A DNA stretch of 64,000 nucleotides from Patescibacteria group bacterium. GTDB lineage: Bacteria; Patescibacteriota; Patescibacteriia; JAXHNJ01. Shown in pieces: positions 58,308 to 64,000 of the stretch; within the stretch, counting starts at the first letter, position 1, and every line of letters begins with the position of its first letter. The DNA is taken from the NCBI GenBank assembly GCA_043812155.1, contig JBDRMK010000030.1, positions 8,407-72,406 on the forward strand, given 5' to 3'. A program made the position numbers and the translations under genes. Below the pieces are notes generated by a model. It had not been told where the DNA came from, made no database searches, and saw nothing but the letters and a program-made list of their open reading frames with translations.

Positions 58308-59486
58308 ATGAGGCACGGTGAAGACCCATTAGAAAATTTGATCCGGAAGGAACAGTTTGAACGAGCGGCCGAAGGCCACGTGGCGGTTTATGATAAAGAT
58401 CCGGAGATGATGGAGCGGAAAATAGAATTTGACAATACGGTGGTCAAGGGCTGGCAGGCGGAAAAACCTGGTATGAATGATTTTATGATTGAGATCGGCA
58501 AGGATATGGACAAGAAGGAAAGGGCGGCGGCGGAAAAAAACAACGCAAAGGTTAGCGAGGACTGGCGACGATTTGAGGCCAGGAAAGAGACCTTCGAAAA
58601 AAAGACCAAGGCCGGCCGGATTTTAGAGGACATAACTAAGGAGATGTTCCAGTATCATTTGAAAGCGAAAGGTTTTAAATTTGAAGCGGCGCCGGACAGC
58701 GATCCGGACGATGGTTTTAACGGCGGTGATGTGACAATTCGGATTGAAGCAGAAAATGAATCAGAGCCGAATAAGCCCACATTTTTATATTTTTCCCTGG
58801 ATGTGACCACCAGCGGTGATGCGTTTGATTTGGAAAAAAAGAAGATTTTCCCCACCGCCCTGGATTTAGAAAAAGGCAAGATGCCTCATATCGATTATTA
58901 TCTTTTAAAGAGCGATGAAAACGAGCCTAAAGGCCGCCGGGAAATGCCTCATCTAGTCATCGGTTTATCGTCGGACAAGGTTTTTTCTAAAGACGCCCGC
59001 CCGGAGGAATTATACCAGCAGTACTTGGCGTATCTGGGGGATAAAAAAGGCCAGGCAGAAACCCTGGAGAAATCGCCCATCTGGCGGGAATTTTTCAGCC
59101 AGATGAAAAGCCAGCTGGTTTTTCACTTAGAGCCTTGTTTGCGCGCTTATATTCATGCCCACCGTGAAGATAAAGATAATTTGATCGATGATCTAAGTGG
59201 GCACTTAAAAAGTTTGCAGTCCTTGTCTATAGATGACGAAATTGATTCAAGCCAGTTAAAGAATTTCCGGCAGTTTATGGTCGAAAGTCGGCCCGAGATT
59301 TCAGCTAAGGATCCCTATTTAGCCGATAACCTTTACAAGCACCTTGATTTGCTAGACGTGGTGGAAAAATTGGATCAAGAAAAAAGCTCCCAGGGAATCG
59401 GATTCCCGAGAGCTTCGGTAACGGAGAATGTACTGGAAATGAACGGCCTTGAGGTCAAGCCTAATTACTTAAAGCAAGCGGCTTAA
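58308..59486 (+). CDS. Hypothetical protein (392 aa), translationally coupled to pheT
   Basis: ATGA overlap with pheT stop; acidic/helical; no recognisable motif. Confidence 0.55.
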   Translation: MRHGEDPLENLIRKEQFERAAEGHVAVYDKDPEMMERKIEFDNTVVKGWQAEKPGMNDFMIEIGKDMDKKERAAAEKNNAKVSEDWRRFEARKETFEKKTKAGRILEDITKEMFQYHLKAKGFKFEAAPDSDPDDGFNGGDVTIRIEAENESEPNKPTFLYFSLDVTTSGDAFDLEKKKIFPTALDLEKGKMPHIDYYLLKSDENEPKGRREMPHLVIGLSSDKVFSKDARPEELYQQYLAYLGDKKGQAETLEKSPIWREFFSQMKSQLVFHLEPCLRAYIHAHREDKDNLIDDLSGHLKSLQSLSIDDEIDSSQLKNFRQFMVESRPEISAKDPYLADNLYKHLDLLDVVEKLDQEKSSQGIGFPRASVTENVLEMNGLEVKPNYLKQAA

Positions 59487-59640
59487 TCCTCCTTGCCCTG
59501 CTGTTCTTTCCACTCGGCGTATCTCGCTTTAGCATCGCCTGCGAGAGGCCGTATAACCACATTGGCTTTCTTGGCCCGCCGTTTCTTTCTCTTTTTCAGA
59601 GAGATCACCGGCGCCGGTCTATTCTTTTTCTCTTTCACGG
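59485..59640 (-). CDS. Putative 51-aa basic small protein (not in ORF track)
   Basis: Hand-translated VKEKKNRPAPVISLKKRKKRRAKKANVVIRPLAGDAKARYAEWKEQQGKED with GGAGGGA RBS before GTG; convergent with upstream gene. Confidence 0.25.
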
Positions 59641-59740
59641 ATCTCCCTCCAGAAAGTCAGGATGGATAATATAAATGATTTAGAAAATGGACATTGGCAA
59701 TCAAGATTATCAGAAGTTATAAAATTTGTCAAGCCCATAT

Positions 59741-59850
59741 TTAGATATCAAGATATTTGCGCCCGAGGCGCACCCGCCTTGGGCGGGGAGCGATTAAGAT
59801 ATTAAGATATTGTCCGCCAAAGGCGGATCAGCCTCTGGCTGAAGATATTT
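59741..59850. repeat. Dispersed repeat copy: GATATCAAGATATT + GC triloop hairpins + GATTAAGATATTAAGATATT + further hairpins
   Basis: GCGCC-CGA-GGCGC ACC CGCC-TTG-GGCGGG; TCCGCC-AAA-GGCGGA; TCAGCC-TCT-GGCTGA. Confidence 0.55.
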
Positions 59851-59898
59851 AGAGGCTAAGAAAAAATTATATATTATACATTATTAATTATAAATTAA

Positions 59899-61947
<2,049 letters not shown>

Positions 61948-61954
61948 TTTATTC

Positions 61955-62407
61955 ATGCCGCCAAAATTTGAATTGATTAATAAATCCCGAAAAGTGATCG
62001 ATTTATGGATTTTGCGTCTGCCGCTGCCGAATATAAACCCCAGTTTGATCTCGTTTTTGGCCCTGCCCTTCAGTCTGGCCTTCATCCTTTTGTGGGATAA
62101 AAATAAATTAATATCGCTTATCTTACTGATGATAATTTTGATCCTTGACTGGCTGGACGGATTAGTGGCCAAAAAATACGGGCGTTCAAGCGAAAGAGGC
62201 TGGCTGACGGATGTGTCTACGGACCGGTTTTCTGAAGGAATTATTTTTCTGATATTTATAACTCCCTGGTTTTATTTATTTTTGTTGAATATCTTTCTTA
62301 CCTATTTCAGTTATAAATTAAAGAAATTTTCCCTGATCTTACCCTTGAGGCAATTATTTTTTATTTACCTTGTCGCTTATCATACTTTCTATTATTTTAT
62401 TCGTTAG
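61955..62407 (+). CDS. CDP-alcohol phosphatidyltransferase-family membrane protein
   Basis: DWLDGLVAKKYGRSSERGWLTDVSTD fits D-G-x2-A-R-x8-G-x3-D-x3-D. Confidence 0.6.
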   Translation: MPPKFELINKSRKVIDLWILRLPLPNINPSLISFLALPFSLAFILLWDKNKLISLILLMIILILDWLDGLVAKKYGRSSERGWLTDVSTDRFSEGIIFLIFITPWFYLFLLNIFLTYFSYKLKKFSLILPLRQLFFIYLVAYHTFYYFIR

Positions 62408-62410
62408 CCT

Positions 62411-62965
62411 ATGGAATCCGTCATCTTGTTTGTTTTGAAAACGGCCTGGTATTTTTTGCCGATCGGCGTGGCTAATATGATGCCGGTTATTTTTTCCCGC
62501 TGGTTTAATTTTTTGGCTTTTCCTTTGGATGGCGGCAAAATATGGCGGGGAGAAAGGATAATCGGCGACCATAAAACTTTTAGAGGGATCTTGCTGGCTG
62601 TTTTAGGCGGGACGCTGATCTTTGTCATCCAGAAGTATGCTTATATAAATTCAGATTTTTTTTACAGTATTTCTTTGATTAATTACGGAAAAGAAAGCCT
62701 GGCTTTGGGATTTTTTATGGGCTTGGGGGCGATAACCGGAGATCTGGTCAAAAGCTTTTTCAAGCGAAGGATGAAAAAAGACCCCGGCCGCTCTTGGTTT
62801 CCTTATGACCAGATTGATTACACTCTCGGGGGTATGATCTTTGGCTTATTATTTTTTGTTCCGCCTTGGCCGATAATGATATTCGCCATAGTTTTAGGGG
62901 TATTATTGCACTTGGCGACTAACCTGATCGGCCAGGCCATTGGCCTGCGAAAAGCGGCCTGGTAA
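62411..62965 (+). CDS. CDP-archaeol synthase-like (CarS/DUF46) cytidylyltransferase-family membrane protein
   Basis: HKTFRG...GAITGDLVKSFFKRR...PYDQIDYTLGG pattern typical of CarS family. Confidence 0.5.
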   Translation: MESVILFVLKTAWYFLPIGVANMMPVIFSRWFNFLAFPLDGGKIWRGERIIGDHKTFRGILLAVLGGTLIFVIQKYAYINSDFFYSISLINYGKESLALGFFMGLGAITGDLVKSFFKRRMKKDPGRSWFPYDQIDYTLGGMIFGLLFFVPPWPIMIFAIVLGVLLHLATNLIGQAIGLRKAAW

Positions 62966-63054
62966 AAATAACCCTTGCCAAAAATTATGAGGCTTGTTAT
63001 AATATCCACAGATGAATGAAGGCCCCGGCAACGGGGTTTTAAAGACCAAAAAAT

Positions 63055-63240
63055 ATGGCCAATAAGATCACTTCTTATTTAAAAGAGTCAAAAGAAGAGC
63101 TAAAAAAAGTCAGCTGGCCGACGCGGGCCCAGACGACAAAGAATACACTGATTGTCATCGGCGTAAGCGTGGGGGTGGCGATTTTTTTGGGTTTCGTTGA
63201 CTATCTATTAAGTATTGGTTTAAAGCAAATAATCCGATAA
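63055..63240 (+). CDS. secE: Preprotein translocase subunit SecE
   Basis: 61 aa, KVSWPTR motif then single TM; directly upstream of nusG. Confidence 0.75.
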   Translation: MANKITSYLKESKEELKKVSWPTRAQTTKNTLIVIGVSVGVAIFLGFVDYLLSIGLKQIIR

Positions 63241-63244
63241 TTAT

Positions 63245-63790
63245 ATGGCGAAACAAATCCTGCAGCAGGGAAGAAGATGGTACGTTCTCCACACTTATTC
63301 CGGTTACGAGGAAAATGTGTCGCGTAATTTAAAACAAAGGATCGAGTCCATGGATATGGAGGATAAGATTTTTAATGTTTTGATTCCGACGGAGAAAAAG
63401 ATAAAGATCAGGAACGGCAAGCGCCGGACGGTGGTGGAAAAGATATTTCCCGGCTATGTGCTGGTGGAAATGATCGTGACGGATGATTCCTGGTATGTCG
63501 TGCGGAACACCCCGAACGTCACCGGTTTCGTCGGTTCCGGCACCACCCCGACTCCCATTTCGGACAAAGAGGTCAAAGAACTGCAGCGCCGCATGGGCGT
63601 GGAAGAGCCGAAGTACAAGATCGATGTTTCCGTCGGTACGCCGGTCAAGATCATTGACGGACCCTTTAAAGAGTTTGAAGGCAAAGTGGCGGAAATTGAC
63701 GAGGCGCGCGGCAAGATCAAAGTTCTTGTTTCCATGTTCGGCCGGGAAACGCCGGTGGAGCTCGACTTTTTACAGGTAAAGAAGATATAG
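63245..63790 (+). CDS. nusG: Transcription termination/antitermination factor NusG
   Basis: NGN domain RWYVLHTYSGYE, KOW motif GTPVKIIDGPFKEFEGKV. Confidence 0.9.
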   Translation: MAKQILQQGRRWYVLHTYSGYEENVSRNLKQRIESMDMEDKIFNVLIPTEKKIKIRNGKRRTVVEKIFPGYVLVEMIVTDDSWYVVRNTPNVTGFVGSGTTPTPISDKEVKELQRRMGVEEPKYKIDVSVGTPVKIIDGPFKEFEGKVAEIDEARGKIKVLVSMFGRETPVELDFLQVKKI

Positions 63791-63888
63791 TTGCTTAGTT
63801 AATTTGTTGAATAGTTGATTAGTTAATTAGTTTAATAAATAATTTTCGGTAAATATAGACAATTTGGTGGCTATAAAGGAAAAAATTT

Positions 63889-64000
63889 ATGGCTACCGGT
63901 ATAGAGAATTTAAGAATTTGGAAATCCGCTCATTCGCTGGAAATACAAATATATAAAATAACCGCCGGCTTTCCTAAAGAAGCATATTACTTAAGGAGAG
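63889..64000 (+). CDS. Four-helix-bundle protein (Avd-like family), 5' portion; runs off window
   Basis: NLRIWKSAHSLEIQIYKITAGFPKEAYY parallels N-terminus of 48018..48380 protein. Confidence 0.55.
   Translation, partial: MATGIENLRIWKSAHSLEIQIYKITAGFPKEAYYLRR

Overview
The window reads as a low-GC (~40%) bacterial chromosome segment, punctuated by several GC-richer patches. By inference I place it in the CPR/Patescibacteria: small genome style, an archaeal-type GlyRS, a V/A-type ATPase operon, a CarS-like lipid enzyme and abundant Avd-like four-helix-bundle genes. The housekeeping backbone includes ileS (5'-truncated), recO, tgt, a ClpC-like AAA+ protein, glyQS, an M16 peptidase, an AI-2E transporter, rsmI, metG, cvpA, tatD, rmuC, guaB, a purA-like gene, a nine-gene V-type ATPase operon, typA, pheS/pheT, gyrB, secE and nusG.

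The strongest signal is a complete diversity-generating retroelement (DGR) at about 6.0-8.9 kb. A 205-aa target protein carries a 133-bp variable repeat (VR) at its 3' end. A 133-bp template repeat (TR) lies 440 bp downstream and differs from VR at 19 adenine positions and nowhere else except two bases at the 3' end. The Avd gene is on the opposite strand from TR and RT, and the reverse transcriptase carries the DGR-specific LGxxxSQ and YADD motifs.

The other main items are:
- a 359-aa intein inside helicase motif III of a 1323-aa UvrD-like helicase fused to a Cas4/AddB-type Fe-S nuclease
- a GC-rich island (39.9-42.4 kb) encoding two co-translated membrane proteins and three tandem paralogous Cys-rich mini-proteins of unknown function
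- a V-ATPase B subunit broken by one in-frame TAA where a conserved Tyr codon is expected
- several families of small dispersed palindromic repeats, two of which appear inserted in-frame into protein-coding genes (an HhH-GPD glycosylase and pheS), reminiscent of Rickettsia palindromic elements
- a GIY-YIG nuclease cassette bracketed by inverted GC-rich palindromes
- two free-standing Avd-like four-helix-bundle genes, one flanked by inverted repeats
- a HEPN-like R-N-x3-H protein next to a 530-bp non-coding stretch
- a palindromic operator-like motif shared by two unlinked upstream regions.

No rRNA, tRNA or CRISPR array could be supported by reading the sequence. All coordinates come from manual reading and may be off by a few bases.
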